Notes: generated from the letters alone by a model not told the origin. 55,548 nucleotides of DNA from Pseudomonadota bacterium (GCA_041170945.1 JBEDMU010000149.1:1-55548), one strand, 5' to 3'; positions 35,111 through 45,430 are shown, counted from the first letter of the stretch. Made by a program: numbers and translations.

Positions 35111-37765
35111 ATGAAAACGTTGGTGATTGCCGAGAAGCCCTCGGTTGCTCAAGATATTGTCAAAGCGCTTACGCCAGTGGCGGGCAAATTTGACAAACAC
35201 GATGACCATTACGAAAACGATGAATGGGTCATTTCCTCTGCCGTGGGCCATTTGGTAGAGATTGCTGCGCCCGAAGCCTACGATGTGAAGCGAGGCAAGT
35301 GGACCTTTGCACACCTGCCGGTATTGCCGCCGCATTTTGACCTCAAGCCGATCGACAAAACCAAAAGCCGTTTGAACGCCGTGGTGAAACTGGCCAAGCG
35401 CAAAGATGTTGGGCGTCTGATCAATGCATGTGACGCGGGGCGTGAGGGCGAGTTGATTTTTCGATTGATCATGCAATACGCGGGGGGCAAAAAACCTCTG
35501 GACAAACCCATTCAGCGTTTGTGGTTGCAGTCGATGACCCCGCAAGCCATTCGCGACGGATTTGAACAATTGCGCAGCGATGCAGATATGCTGCCTTTGG
35601 CCGATGCGGCGCGCTGTCGTTCAGAGGCCGATTGGCTGGTGGGCATCAATGGCACGCGAGCCATGACCGCTTTTAATTCGCGCGACGGCGGCTTCTTTTT
35701 GACCACCGTGGGTCGGGTTCAAACCCCTACTTTGAGTATTGTGGTGGAGCGAGAAGAGGCTATACGCCGTTTTGTCCCTCGTACGTATTACGAGGTGCAT
35801 GCAGAGTTTGCTGCTCAAGCAGGCGCTTACTCGGGTCGTTGGTTTGATCCGCAGTGGCGCAAGCCCACGGGCGATGATGCCGATGAGCATGCCAAAGACC
35901 ATCGCTTGTGGAATGAGGCCCAGGCGCAAGCCATTGCACAGGCCGTGGCTGGAAAGCCAGCTGTCGTCACCGAAACGTCCAAGTCCAGTACCAAAGCCAG
36001 TCCCGCTTTGTTTGATTTGACATCGTTACAAAAAGAAGCCAACGGTCGGTTTGGGTTTTCGGCCAAAACCACCTTGCAAATCGCGCAAAGTTTGTACGAA
36101 CGACACAAAGCGTTGACCTATCCGCGTACCGACGCTCGTGCGTTGCCCGAAGACTATTTGCCGACTGTCAAACAAACATTTGAGATGTTGGCCGATTCGT
36201 CGCTGAAGCACCTAGGTCAGTTTGCGCAACAGGCGTTGAGCGAGGGTTGGGTGCGCAAGTTACCCAAGGTATTTGATAACAGCAAGATCAGTGATCACTT
36301 TGCGATTATTCCCACTTTGCAAGCACCCCAAGGCCTGAGCGAAGCCGAACAAAAAATTTACGATTTGGTCACGCGTCGTTTCATGGCGGTGTTTTTCCCG
36401 CCCGCTGAGTACCTTGTGACCGAGCGCGTGAGTCAAGTTGGGCCGCATGCGTTTCGCACCGATGGCAAGATTTTGGTGAAAGAAGGTTGGCTGGCTATTT
36501 TTGGCAAAGAAGCCGATGAAGAAGAATCAAGCGATCGCTTGCCAGTGGTGCAACCCAATGAGCAGCCCCTGGCGACCGATGCCGAGGTGGTGACGGCTCA
36601 AACCCGTCCGCCTGCACGTTACAGTGAAGCCACCCTGCTGAGCGCCATGGATGGCGCTGGCAAGGTCATTGAAGATGAAGAGTTGCGTGCGGCCATGGTC
36701 AACAAGGGCCTGGGTACGCCGGCCACGCGCGCGGCCATCATTGAAGGCTTGTTGGCTGAAAAATACATGTTCCGCGAAGGACGCGAGCTGATTCCAACCG
36801 CCAAAGCATTTCAATTGATGACTTTGTTGCGAGGGTTGGGGGTGGATGAACTGTCGCGCCCAGAGCTCACAGGGGAGTGGGAATTCAAGTTGGCGCAAAT
36901 GGAGCGTGGTGAGTTGTCACGCGAGGCTTTCATGCGTGAAATTGCGTCCATGACTGAGCACTTGGTGCGCAAAGCCAAAGAATATGATCGTGACACCATT
37001 CCGGGCGACTATGCGACGCTGCACACGCCTTGTCCTCAGTGTGGAGGCGTGGTGAAAGAAAACTACCGCCGATACGCGTGTACTGGAGCGTCTGGTGCCA
37101 GCGAAGGATGCGGCTTTTCGTTTACCAAATCGCCAGCAGGACGAACATTTGAAGTGGCCGAAGCTGAAGCGTTTTTGAAGAATCGTCGCATCGGTCCTTT
37201 GGAAGGATTTCGTTCGAAGGCCGGCTGGCCATTCACGGCAGAGATGGCTTTGGTGCATTCGGCAGAAGATCAGCAGTGGAAACTCGAATTTGATTTTGGT
37301 GACGATGCCAAGGCTGCGGCCGATGGCGAGGCAGTGGATTTGTCTGAAGCAACAGAAGTGGGCAAGTGTCCCAGTTGTGGCTCGCGTGTGGTGGAGCAAG
37401 GCACCCAGTATGTTTGCGAACGAGCAGTGCCTACTGCAGATCAAGCCAAGCCTTCGTGCAGTTTCAAAAGCGGCAAGATCATTTTGCAGCAACCGGTTTC
37501 GGTGGAACAAATGCAAAAGTTGCTCAGCACGGGTAAAACCGATTTGTTAGACAAGTTTGTGTCGGCACGCACGCGGCGTGCGTTCAAGGCGTTTTTGTCG
37601 TGGGACGCCAAGGCAGGCAAAGTGGTGTTTGAGTTTGAAGCCAAGGCACCCAAGGGCGCCAAAGGTGGCTCTGCAGCTACCAAAACGGCTGCCCGCAAAA
37701 CAACCGCTCGCAAAACAGTGGCGCGCAAAGCCCCTGCGCGCAAGAGCCCGTCTAGCGAGGCATGA
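35111..37765 (+). CDS. topB: DNA topoisomerase III (type IA) with C-terminal Cys-containing repeats and a basic tail
   Basis: MKTLVIAEKPSVA, ACDAGREGELI, VGRVQTPT, catalytic LTYPRTD, GLGTPATRA, CPQCG and CPSCG; ATG at 35111. Confidence 0.96.
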   Translation: MKTLVIAEKPSVAQDIVKALTPVAGKFDKHDDHYENDEWVISSAVGHLVEIAAPEAYDVKRGKWTFAHLPVLPPHFDLKPIDKTKSRLNAVVKLAKRKDVGRLINACDAGREGELIFRLIMQYAGGKKPLDKPIQRLWLQSMTPQAIRDGFEQLRSDADMLPLADAARCRSEADWLVGINGTRAMTAFNSRDGGFFLTTVGRVQTPTLSIVVEREEAIRRFVPRTYYEVHAEFAAQAGAYSGRWFDPQWRKPTGDDADEHAKDHRLWNEAQAQAIAQAVAGKPAVVTETSKSSTKASPALFDLTSLQKEANGRFGFSAKTTLQIAQSLYERHKALTYPRTDARALPEDYLPTVKQTFEMLADSSLKHLGQFAQQALSEGWVRKLPKVFDNSKISDHFAIIPTLQAPQGLSEAEQKIYDLVTRRFMAVFFPPAEYLVTERVSQVGPHAFRTDGKILVKEGWLAIFGKEADEEESSDRLPVVQPNEQPLATDAEVVTAQTRPPARYSEATLLSAMDGAGKVIEDEELRAAMVNKGLGTPATRAAIIEGLLAEKYMFREGRELIPTAKAFQLMTLLRGLGVDELSRPELTGEWEFKLAQMERGELSREAFMREIASMTEHLVRKAKEYDRDTIPGDYATLHTPCPQCGGVVKENYRRYACTGASGASEGCGFSFTKSPAGRTFEVAEAEAFLKNRRIGPLEGFRSKAGWPFTAEMALVHSAEDQQWKLEFDFGDDAKAAADGEAVDLSEATEVGKCPSCGSRVVEQGTQYVCERAVPTADQAKPSCSFKSGKIILQQPVSVEQMQKLLSTGKTDLLDKFVSARTRRAFKAFLSWDAKAGKVVFEFEAKAPKGAKGGSAATKTAARKTTARKTVARKAPARKSPSSEA
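37688..37747 (+). repeat. Four 15-nt coding repeats giving xARKx (AARKT TARKT VARKA PARKS)
   Basis: GCN-CGC-AAR at 37691, 37706, 37721 and 37736, with synonymous variation between copies. Confidence 0.9.
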
Positions 37766-39236
37766 AGCGAACGTTGATGCGCAAACCCGGCGGTTGTTGC
37801 TGGGGATGCGTATCTTCGAGTTCGACCACGGCACCGTGTTGCTGAGCCACTTCTTGCACAATTGCCAACCCCAAGCCAGAGCCCTCGACATTGGTGCCCA
37901 AAGCACGATAAAAAGGCTGCATCACCAAGGCGCGTTCGCCTTCTGGAATGCCAGGCCCGCTGTCTTCGACTTGTAGCACCAATACCCCACTGAAGCGATC
38001 GACCAAGATTCGTGCGGTGATGACGCCGCGAGGAGGGGTGTAGTGAATGGCGTTGTCAACCAAGTTGCGGACCATTTCTTGCAACAACGTGGGATTGCCT
38101 TCAATCAAACAAGAAGGCGGCACGTTTTCGGGGCCTTCAAAACCCAAGTCAAGCTCTTTGTCGAGTGCCATGGGCACACAGTCTTGCACCACGCCAATGA
38201 CGATGGGTGCCAAGTCGATGGACGAAGTGGGCATGCTGGATCGACCCATGGACTCGGCGCGCGCCAAAGCCAGCAGCTGATTCACGGTGCGGGTGGCGCG
38301 AACGGTTGATTGAGAAATTTTTTGCAGGGCATCTTGCAGCTCTGCTGGGTTGGCCTGACGCTGAGCCAAGTCGGCCTGCATGCGCAATCCTGCCAAAGGG
38401 GTTTTGAGTTGGTGTGCCGCATCAGCCAAGAAACGACGCTGGGTGGTGAGAGAGGACTTAAGTCGCATCAACAATTGGTTGATGGACGACACCAACGGGG
38501 CGACTTCTTGCGGAATGAAACCTTCATCCAGCGGGCTCAAATCGTTGGGACGGCGCTCGCGAATCCGTCGCTCTAGCGTGTTAAGGGGGCGAATGCCGCG
38601 TGACAAAGCCAGCCATACCATCAGCACAGAAAGAGGCAGGATGATGAACTGCGGCACCATCACCCCTTTGATGATTTCGGTCGACAACATCGAACGCTTG
38701 TTCAGAGATTCGGCCACTTGAATCAGCACAGGACCTTGATCAAACGATCGACCGGGAAGCCACATGTAAGCGACTCGAACGTCCTCGCCATACATCACAT
38801 CGTCACGAAAAAAGGTTTGCCTCAATGGGGTGCCGATGGTCAGAGCGGGCGCCGGCAAATCGGGGTCTCCTACCGCAGTTTGGCCCAAAACTCCTTGTAC
38901 TTGAAAGTACAGCAAGTCGGTGTCGTCACTGCGTAAACGCAAACGCAGGGTGTCATTGAGTTCAAACTCAAGACGATTGGGCTCGTCTTGCACCTGTTGC
39001 ACCAACACTTCGAGCTGGTATTGCAACAAGCGATCAAATGGCTTGGCCGCGATGCCTTGCGCCACCCACCATGTCAGCGCGAGTGACAGGGGCCACAACA
39101 GCAGCAAAGGGGTCAGCATCCAATCGAGGATTTCCCCAAACAGGCTGCGCTGCTCACGACGGAACAACCCGAGGACCAGATTGCCGCGTCCGGTGCTCGA
39201 CTGCTCCCAATCGAAATCAGTTCGGGATCTTCTCAA
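37752..39236 (-). CDS. Sensor histidine kinase (TctE/QseC-like); start uncertain (TTG 39236 or 39167)
   Basis: Two TM segments, HAMP, H-box FLADAAHQLKTPL, N-box NLVDNAIHY, DSGPGI, GSGLGL. Confidence 0.93.
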   Translation of the reverse strand: MRRSRTDFDWEQSSTGRGNLVLGLFRREQRSLFGEILDWMLTPLLLLWPLSLALTWWVAQGIAAKPFDRLLQYQLEVLVQQVQDEPNRLEFELNDTLRLRLRSDDTDLLYFQVQGVLGQTAVGDPDLPAPALTIGTPLRQTFFRDDVMYGEDVRVAYMWLPGRSFDQGPVLIQVAESLNKRSMLSTEIIKGVMVPQFIILPLSVLMVWLALSRGIRPLNTLERRIRERRPNDLSPLDEGFIPQEVAPLVSSINQLLMRLKSSLTTQRRFLADAAHQLKTPLAGLRMQADLAQRQANPAELQDALQKISQSTVRATRTVNQLLALARAESMGRSSMPTSSIDLAPIVIGVVQDCVPMALDKELDLGFEGPENVPPSCLIEGNPTLLQEMVRNLVDNAIHYTPPRGVITARILVDRFSGVLVLQVEDSGPGIPEGERALVMQPFYRALGTNVEGSGLGLAIVQEVAQQHGAVVELEDTHPQQQPPGLRINVRFMPR

Positions 39237-39891
39237 GGCAATAGCCTAGACCGCGGACCGTGGCGATGCGGATAGGGCCCTTTTCAATTTTTTTGCGCAG
39301 CCGGTGAATATAGACTTCGATGGCGTTGTTGCTGACTTCTTCGCCCCATTCGCACAAGCGTTCTACCAACTGATCTTTGCTGACCAAACGACCAGCGCGT
39401 TGCAGCAGCACTTCTAGCAACCCCAACTCGCGTGCAGACAAATCGACCATCTTGCCGTCGATCGAGGCCACGTGTCCAGATTGATCGTAGGTCAGCGGGC
39501 CGTGTTTGATGAGGCTGGAGGCAGCGCCCATGCCGCGGCGACTCAAAGCGCGTACGCGCGCCTCAAGCTCTTGCAAAGAAAAAGGTTTGGGCATGTAGTC
39601 GTCGGCGCCCAAGTCGAGCCCCTTCACGCGGTCTTCTACGCTGTCAGCAGCTGTGAGAATGAGAACGGGCAATGTCGAGCCACGAGCACGCAGGCGTTTG
39701 AGTACATCGAGTCCGTGCATTTTGGGTAAGCCCAAATCGAGAATGAGCAAATCAAACTCGTGTCCGGTCAGCAAGGCTGCGTCAGCCTCGGTTCCGCTGC
39801 CAACGTGGTCAACGGCGGCGCCACTGGCGCGCAGGGTTTTCATGAGGCCGTCGGCCAGCACTTGATCGTCTTCGGCAATCAGAATGCGCAT
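39217..39891 (-). CDS. OmpR-family response regulator (TctD/QseB-like)
   Basis: MRILIAEDD, LILDLGLP, GADDYMPKPF, IEVYIHRLRKKI, TVRGLGY; ATG at 39891. Confidence 0.95.
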   Translation of the reverse strand: MRILIAEDDQVLADGLMKTLRASGAAVDHVGSGTEADAALLTGHEFDLLILDLGLPKMHGLDVLKRLRARGSTLPVLILTAADSVEDRVKGLDLGADDYMPKPFSLQELEARVRALSRRGMGAASSLIKHGPLTYDQSGHVASIDGKMVDLSARELGLLEVLLQRAGRLVSKDQLVERLCEWGEEVSNNAIEVYIHRLRKKIEKGPIRIATVRGLGYCLEKIPN

Positions 39892-40004
39892 TGCTATCTC
39901 CGTAGGCGGTGGGATGCGCCCCAACAAAGGCTGGGAGTGAGATGTTGCATTGTAGTCAAGCGAACAGGGGGTTGAGCGAACTTAGATCAAGGGTTTACGC
40001 TGGT

Positions 40005-40574
40005 TCAGACCATGGAAGTGCGTTGACGCTTGCGCTGTGCCTGAATCCAGGGTGCTTGACTGCCGTAAGCCTCGAGGCCCAAGGTGAGCACAGTGGTGAC
40101 GGCATCATCGAGTTCAGCGCGCATTTCTTCTTCAGCGCGGGAGACGGCGCGCCGAAACGCTTCTAGCCAAGCCAGGCCACTGTCGGTAAATACGATCAAA
40201 CGCGCGCGGCGGTCGTGCGGGTCTGGTTGGCGCACCACGAGCCCCCAGGCTTCACATTGCTGAACCAGGTCACCCATGGCTTGCTTGCTGATGCCTGCGT
40301 GGACGGCCAAATCGGTGAGTCGGCTGCCTTGAACCTCGAGATGGCGTGTGATGTGGATGTGAGCGGCACTCACTTGCTCGCGAGCCGCCAGGTGTGACAA
40401 GGCCAAGGGCACGTGGGGGTCGTGCGCCATGATTTCGAGCACGCGTTCGTCAAAACGCCTCAGAGCCAGACCCAATAGCCGACCCATGTGTCGTTCGCGC
40501 CACTCGGTGCTGGCCGTTCTGGCATGGGGGGCAGGCGTCATGAGAGGGGAGTGCAAATCTGAGGCAATGGGCAT
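40005..40574 (-). CDS. MarR-family winged-helix transcriptional regulator (start 40574 or 40541)
   Basis: RLTDLA..AGISKQAMGDLV..CE..GLV.R.PDPHDRRARLI.FT..G. Confidence 0.9.
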   Translation of the reverse strand: MPIASDLHSPLMTPAPHARTASTEWRERHMGRLLGLALRRFDERVLEIMAHDPHVPLALSHLAAREQVSAAHIHITRHLEVQGSRLTDLAVHAGISKQAMGDLVQQCEAWGLVVRQPDPHDRRARLIVFTDSGLAWLEAFRRAVSRAEEEMRAELDDAVTTVLTLGLEAYGSQAPWIQAQRKRQRTSMV

Positions 40575-40636
40575 TTCGAAATAGTAAGGCAAATTGACCA
40601 AAAAATCACAGATTTTTATTTCATACCCTGCTAAAG

Positions 40637-40656
40637 TGCTGTTCATGCATCCAGTA
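40637..40656 (+). promoter_or_regulatory. LexA (SOS) box at the recA promoter
   Basis: tgCTGTtcatgcatcCAGta = CTG-N10-CAG at 40639-40654, directly downstream of an extended -10 TGcTAAAGT (40629-40637). Confidence 0.85.
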
Positions 40657-40682
40657 CCGGGTGCCCTTCACAGGAGATACAC

Positions 40683-41744
40683 ATGGAAGCCAAAGCCCTC
40701 AACACCGAAAAAGCCAAAGCCCTGCAAGCAGCACTCGCCCAAATTGAAAAACAGTTTGGCAAAGGCACCATCATGCGCTTGGGCGCGGGCGAAGTCATCG
40801 AAGACATCCAAACGGTTTCTACGGGGTCGCTCAGCTTGGACATGGCCTTGGGCGTTGGTGGTTTGCCTCGTGGGCGCATCATCGAAATTTACGGCCCAGA
40901 ATCTTCAGGTAAAACCACGCTCACCCTTCAAGTGGTGGCTGAAATGCAAAAATTGGGCGGTGTGTGCGCTTTTGTTGACGCCGAACACGCCCTCGACGTG
41001 CAATACGCCCAAGCCTTGGGGGTGCGCTTAGAAGACATGCTCATTTCTCAGCCCGATACTGGCGAGCAAGCCCTTGAAGTTGTTGACAGCTTGGTGCGTT
41101 CTGGCGCCATTGACCTCATCGTCATCGACTCGGTGGCTGCGCTGACACCCAAAGCCGAACTCGAAGGTGACATGGGGGATTCATTGCCAGGGTTGCAAGC
41201 CCGCTTGATGAGCCAGGCCCTGCGCAAGCTCACCGCCACCATCAAAAAAGCCAACTGCACCGTTATTTTCATCAACCAAATTCGCATGAAAATCGGCGTC
41301 ATGTTTGGCAGCCCCGAAACCACAACCGGTGGCAATGCGCTCAAGTTCTATTCGTCGGTTCGCCTCGACATTCGCCGCATCGGCTCGATTAAGAAAGGCG
41401 AAGAAGTGACCGGCAGTGAAACGCGCGTCAAAGTGGTGAAAAACAAAGTCGCGCCACCCTTCAAGACCGCCGAGTTCGACATCATGTACGGCAGCGGCAT
41501 CAGCCGCGAAGGCGAAATTATCGATTTGGGTGTGTTGCACCACATGGTGGAAAAGTCTGGGGCTTGGTATGCCTATGGTGGCGAAAAAATTGGTCAAGGC
41601 CGAGACAACGCGAAAGAGTTTTTGCGTGAGAACCCCGAAATTGCGCGCGAAATCGAAAACAAAATTCGCGAGGCTGCTGGGGTGGCGCTGATGAGCGGGC
41701 AGGTCAGCGCAGACGACGGAGTCATGGAAACGGAAGACGCCTGA
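40683..41744 (+). CDS. recA: Recombinase A
   Basis: [42 protein letters not shown]; AGGAG RBS. Confidence 0.99.
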   Translation: MEAKALNTEKAKALQAALAQIEKQFGKGTIMRLGAGEVIEDIQTVSTGSLSLDMALGVGGLPRGRIIEIYGPESSGKTTLTLQVVAEMQKLGGVCAFVDAEHALDVQYAQALGVRLEDMLISQPDTGEQALEVVDSLVRSGAIDLIVIDSVAALTPKAELEGDMGDSLPGLQARLMSQALRKLTATIKKANCTVIFINQIRMKIGVMFGSPETTTGGNALKFYSSVRLDIRRIGSIKKGEEVTGSETRVKVVKNKVAPPFKTAEFDIMYGSGISREGEIIDLGVLHHMVEKSGAWYAYGGEKIGQGRDNAKEFLRENPEIAREIENKIREAAGVALMSGQVSADDGVMETEDA

Positions 41745-41745
41745 C

Positions 41746-42210
41746 ATGGCTCAGGCCCCCTCTTTGATGGGGCGAGCGTTGCGCTACCTGGCTCGTCGTG
41801 AGCATACGCAACGCGAGCTCGAGCGCAAGCTCGCTGCGCATGCCGAAAGCGCCGAGCAATTGCAAGCCCTGATGCAAACCTTGGTCGACAAAGATTTGCT
41901 CAGTGAAGAAAGAGCGGTGGAAAGCTGGGTTCGTGTCAAGGCCCCTCGTCTAGGCCGAGCACGACTGCAACAAGAACTGCGCCAAAAGGGGGCGAGCGAG
42001 GAGCTGATTCGCCAGCAATTGAATCAGCTCGAGTCCAGCGAGTCTGAGCGTGCTTGGCAGGTTTGGTGCAAAAAATTTGGCGATTCACCCCAAACCCCCC
42101 AGGAGCACGCCAAACAGGTCAGGTTTTTGGTGGCCCGAGGGTTTGGGCACGAGGCGGTATCGCAAGTCATGCGACGCGCTCAAAACCCAAACATCAACCT
42201 CAAGTTTTGA
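41746..42210 (+). CDS. recX: Recombination regulator RecX
   Basis: RALRYLARREH..ELERKL, ELRQKG, RFLVARGF; directly after recA. Confidence 0.95.
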   Translation: MAQAPSLMGRALRYLARREHTQRELERKLAAHAESAEQLQALMQTLVDKDLLSEERAVESWVRVKAPRLGRARLQQELRQKGASEELIRQQLNQLESSESERAWQVWCKKFGDSPQTPQEHAKQVRFLVARGFGHEAVSQVMRRAQNPNINLKF

Positions 42211-43100
42211 ACCGCTGCGCCGCTGGCACCTTTGCCCAAGTTGTCCAAGCGAGCCACCAACAAGGCGTGATCCAAGGCGTTGTCACCAAACACAAAGACA
42301 TCGAGTTGATTGGTTTGAGCCAGCTGAGTAGCATCTAGTTTTAATGACTCATTACGTAAGTGAACGCTTACAAACTCGCTATTCTGATAATGTGCAGCAT
42401 AGGCTTGGTGCAGGCGTTCAACCGTTGCTCCTGTACCCAATGACGACAGGTGCAAAGGCAACTGCACCAACATGCCCTGAGGGAAATTGCCCACCGATGG
42501 AACAAACAAAGGGCGGCGCTCAAGACCAGTCCATTTCATGATTTCAGGGATGTGCTTGTGTTGTAGCCCCAAGGCGTACAGCTCAAAAGCTGGAGCCGTG
42601 CCGGCTTCGTAGGCTTCGATCATGGGACGGCCCCCGCCGGTATAGCCGCTCACGCTGGGCAGACTCAAAGGGGTGTTGGGCAGCAGCAGCCCTGCATCGA
42701 TCAATGGACGAATCAAGGCAATGGCACCCGTGGCATAGCAGCCCGGGTTGGCCACCCGGTGGGCTTGGGCCACGGCATCGGACTGACCTGCACACAGTTC
42801 TGGAAAGCCATAGACCCAACCTTCAGTCACACGATGAGCGGTAGAGGCGTCGACCATGCGAGGAGCCCTTTTTCCGGCGGCTTGCAACTGATCAACCAAA
42901 GCCACGGTTTCGCGAGCGGCATCGTCGTGCAAGCACAGCACCACGGCATCTGCTTGTTCCAACAACGTCAATTTGGCGGTTGGGTTTTTGCGTTCAGCGG
43001 GGTCTATAGACAACAACTGCACGTTGGAAAAGGCCGATAAGCGGTCGCGAATTTGCAAACCCGTGGTACCGGCTTCGCCATCGATGAAAATGCGGATCAT
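42180..43100 (-). CDS. argC: N-acetyl-gamma-glutamyl-phosphate reductase (type 2)
   Basis: IFIDGEAGTTGLQI, DASTAHR, ANPGCYATG, DNLGKGASGAAVQN. Confidence 0.97.
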   Translation of the reverse strand: MIRIFIDGEAGTTGLQIRDRLSAFSNVQLLSIDPAERKNPTAKLTLLEQADAVVLCLHDDAARETVALVDQLQAAGKRAPRMVDASTAHRVTEGWVYGFPELCAGQSDAVAQAHRVANPGCYATGAIALIRPLIDAGLLLPNTPLSLPSVSGYTGGGRPMIEAYEAGTAPAFELYALGLQHKHIPEIMKWTGLERRPLFVPSVGNFPQGMLVQLPLHLSSLGTGATVERLHQAYAAHYQNSEFVSVHLRNESLKLDATQLAQTNQLDVFVFGDNALDHALLVARLDNLGKGASGAAVQNLRLMFGF

Positions 43101-43329
43101 GTGGCCTCCTCCACCTGGGTCATAGCCCCCAGGGTATTGAGAAACAAAAAAAGTTGATGAAGCGCAGTGTATAGGCCTCTTGAGTCAGTTTAGATCAAGG
43201 TTTGTGCACTGCCGCATGATAAAGTTGCCGCAAGGCGGCATCCGGATACGCAAGGGGTCAGCCCCAGCCAAAGGCTGAGCACCCACCGGTGTCGATTGTT
43301 CTCGGCTCCAGCTCCAAAAGAGATCTGCA

Positions 43330-44493
43330 ATGAAAATTCATGAGTACCAAGGCAAGGAGATCCTGCGCCAGTTCGGTATCCCCGTTCCGCGTGGCATCCC
43401 CGCATTCAATGTGCAAGAAGCTGTCGAAGCAGCCCAAAAACTGGGCGGACCCATTTGGGTGGTGAAGGCCCAAATTCACGCTGGCGGGCGTGGCAAGGGT
43501 GGCGGCGTTAAAGTGGCCAAGTCGCTTGACGATGTCAAAACTTTAGCCGGCAACATTTTGGGCATGCAACTGATCACGCACCAAACCGGTCCCGAAGGTC
43601 AAAAAGTGCGTCGTTTGTATATTGAAGACGGCGCTGACATTCAAAAAGAGTACTACCTCTCGGTGGTGACCGACCGTGCTTCACAAAAAGTGGCCTTCAT
43701 TGCTTCTAGCGAAGGTGGCATGGACATTGAAGAAGTGGCCCACAACACGCCTGAAAAAATTGTCAAGGTGTTTGTTGACCCGCTGGTTGGTATGACGGCC
43801 GAACAAGGCCAAGAATTGGCCAAAGGCGTGGGCATGCCCGCTGATTCAGTGGCTCAATTCATTGACGTGTGCCAAAAACTGTACAAGTGCTACATGGACA
43901 CCGATGCATCATTGGTGGAAATCAACCCCTTGAACCGCGATGGCAAGGGCAACATCATTGCCTTGGACTCCAAGTTCAACTTTGACTCCAATGCCTTGTT
44001 CCGCCATCCCGAAATCGTGGCTTTGCGCGATCTCGATGAAGAAGATCCCGCCGAAATCGAAGCTTCCAAATTCGACTTGGCGTACATCAGCCTCGACGGC
44101 AACATTGGTTGTTTGGTCAACGGTGCCGGCTTGGCCATGGCCACCATGGACACCATCAAGTTGTTTGGTGCTGAACCAGCCAACTTCCTCGACGTGGGCG
44201 GCGGTGCTACCCCCGAGAAAGTGACCGAAGCCTTCAAGATCATGCTGAAAAACCCCAAAGTGAAGGCCATTTTGGTCAACATTTTTGGCGGCATCATGCG
44301 TTGTGACACCATCGCCACCGGCGTCATCACAGCCTGTAAAGCAGTCAACCTCAGCGTGCCTTTGGTGGTTCGCATGAAGGGTACCAACGAAGAACTGGGC
44401 AAGAAGATGCTGGCCGAATCTGGCCTGCCCATCATCAGCGCAGACACCATGGCCGAAGCCGCCCAGAAGGTGGTTGCTGCCGTCAAGGCCTAA
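43330..44493 (+). CDS. sucC: Succinyl-CoA synthetase beta subunit
   Basis: [47 protein letters not shown]. Confidence 0.99.
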   Translation: MKIHEYQGKEILRQFGIPVPRGIPAFNVQEAVEAAQKLGGPIWVVKAQIHAGGRGKGGGVKVAKSLDDVKTLAGNILGMQLITHQTGPEGQKVRRLYIEDGADIQKEYYLSVVTDRASQKVAFIASSEGGMDIEEVAHNTPEKIVKVFVDPLVGMTAEQGQELAKGVGMPADSVAQFIDVCQKLYKCYMDTDASLVEINPLNRDGKGNIIALDSKFNFDSNALFRHPEIVALRDLDEEDPAEIEASKFDLAYISLDGNIGCLVNGAGLAMATMDTIKLFGAEPANFLDVGGGATPEKVTEAFKIMLKNPKVKAILVNIFGGIMRCDTIATGVITACKAVNLSVPLVVRMKGTNEELGKKMLAESGLPIISADTMAEAAQKVVAAVKA

Positions 44494-44514
44494 GCCCAGA
44501 AAGCGAGTCGCAAT

Positions 44515-45408
44515 ATGTCTATCTATATCAACAAAGACACCAAGATCATCACCCAAGGCATTACCGGCAAAACCGGTCAGTTTCACACTGAAAAATGCCA
44601 AGAATACGCAAACGGTAAAAACTGTTTTGTGGCGGGTGTGAACCCCAAAAAAGCGGGCGAGTCCATTTTCAACATCCCCATTTACGCTAGCGTCAAAGAA
44701 GCGGCCCAGCAAACCGGTGCCACCGTTTCTGTGATTTACGTGCCTCCTGCTGGTGCTGCCGCTGCCATTTGGGAAGCCGTTGAAGCCGACTTGGATTTGG
44801 CCATTTGCATCACCGAAGGTATTCCTGTCAAAGACATGCTCGAAGTGCGCAACAAAATGAAGGCCAAAGAAGCCGCGGGTGGCAAGAAGACCCTGTTGTT
44901 GGGCCCCAACTGCCCTGGTCTCATCACTCCCGATGAAGTCAAAATTGGCATCATGCCCGGCCACATTCACAAAAAAGGCCGCATCGGTGTGGTGTCTCGT
45001 TCGGGCACGCTCACCTATGAAGCTGTGGCACAGTTGACTGAAATTGGTTTGGGCCAGTCCAGCGCCGTGGGCATTGGTGGTGACCCCATCAACGGGCTCA
45101 AGCACATCGATGTGATGAAGGCATTCAACGACGATCCCGATACCGACGCCGTGATCATGATTGGTGAAATTGGCGGACCCGACGAAGCCGAAGCCGCCAT
45201 GTGGTGCAAGGCCAACATGAAAAAGCCCATCGTGGGATTTATTGCTGGCGTGACCGCACCTCCCGGAAAACGCATGGGCCACGCGGGTGCGCTCATCAGT
45301 GGCGGTGCCGACACGGCAGATGCCAAATTGGCCATCATGGAAGAGTGTGGTTTCAAGGTCACACGCAACCCTTCTGAAATGGGCAAATTGCTCAAAGCAT
45401 TGCTGTAA
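44515..45408 (+). CDS. sucD: Succinyl-CoA synthetase alpha subunit
   Basis: QGITGKTG, GPNCPG, SRSGTLTYE, phospho-His motif RMGHAGA. Confidence 0.99.
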   Translation: MSIYINKDTKIITQGITGKTGQFHTEKCQEYANGKNCFVAGVNPKKAGESIFNIPIYASVKEAAQQTGATVSVIYVPPAGAAAAIWEAVEADLDLAICITEGIPVKDMLEVRNKMKAKEAAGGKKTLLLGPNCPGLITPDEVKIGIMPGHIHKKGRIGVVSRSGTLTYEAVAQLTEIGLGQSSAVGIGGDPINGLKHIDVMKAFNDDPDTDAVIMIGEIGGPDEAEAAMWCKANMKKPIVGFIAGVTAPPGKRMGHAGALISGGADTADAKLAIMEECGFKVTRNPSEMGKLLKALL

Positions 45409-45430
45409 TTTGGCGCTTGCTTGAGTTTTG

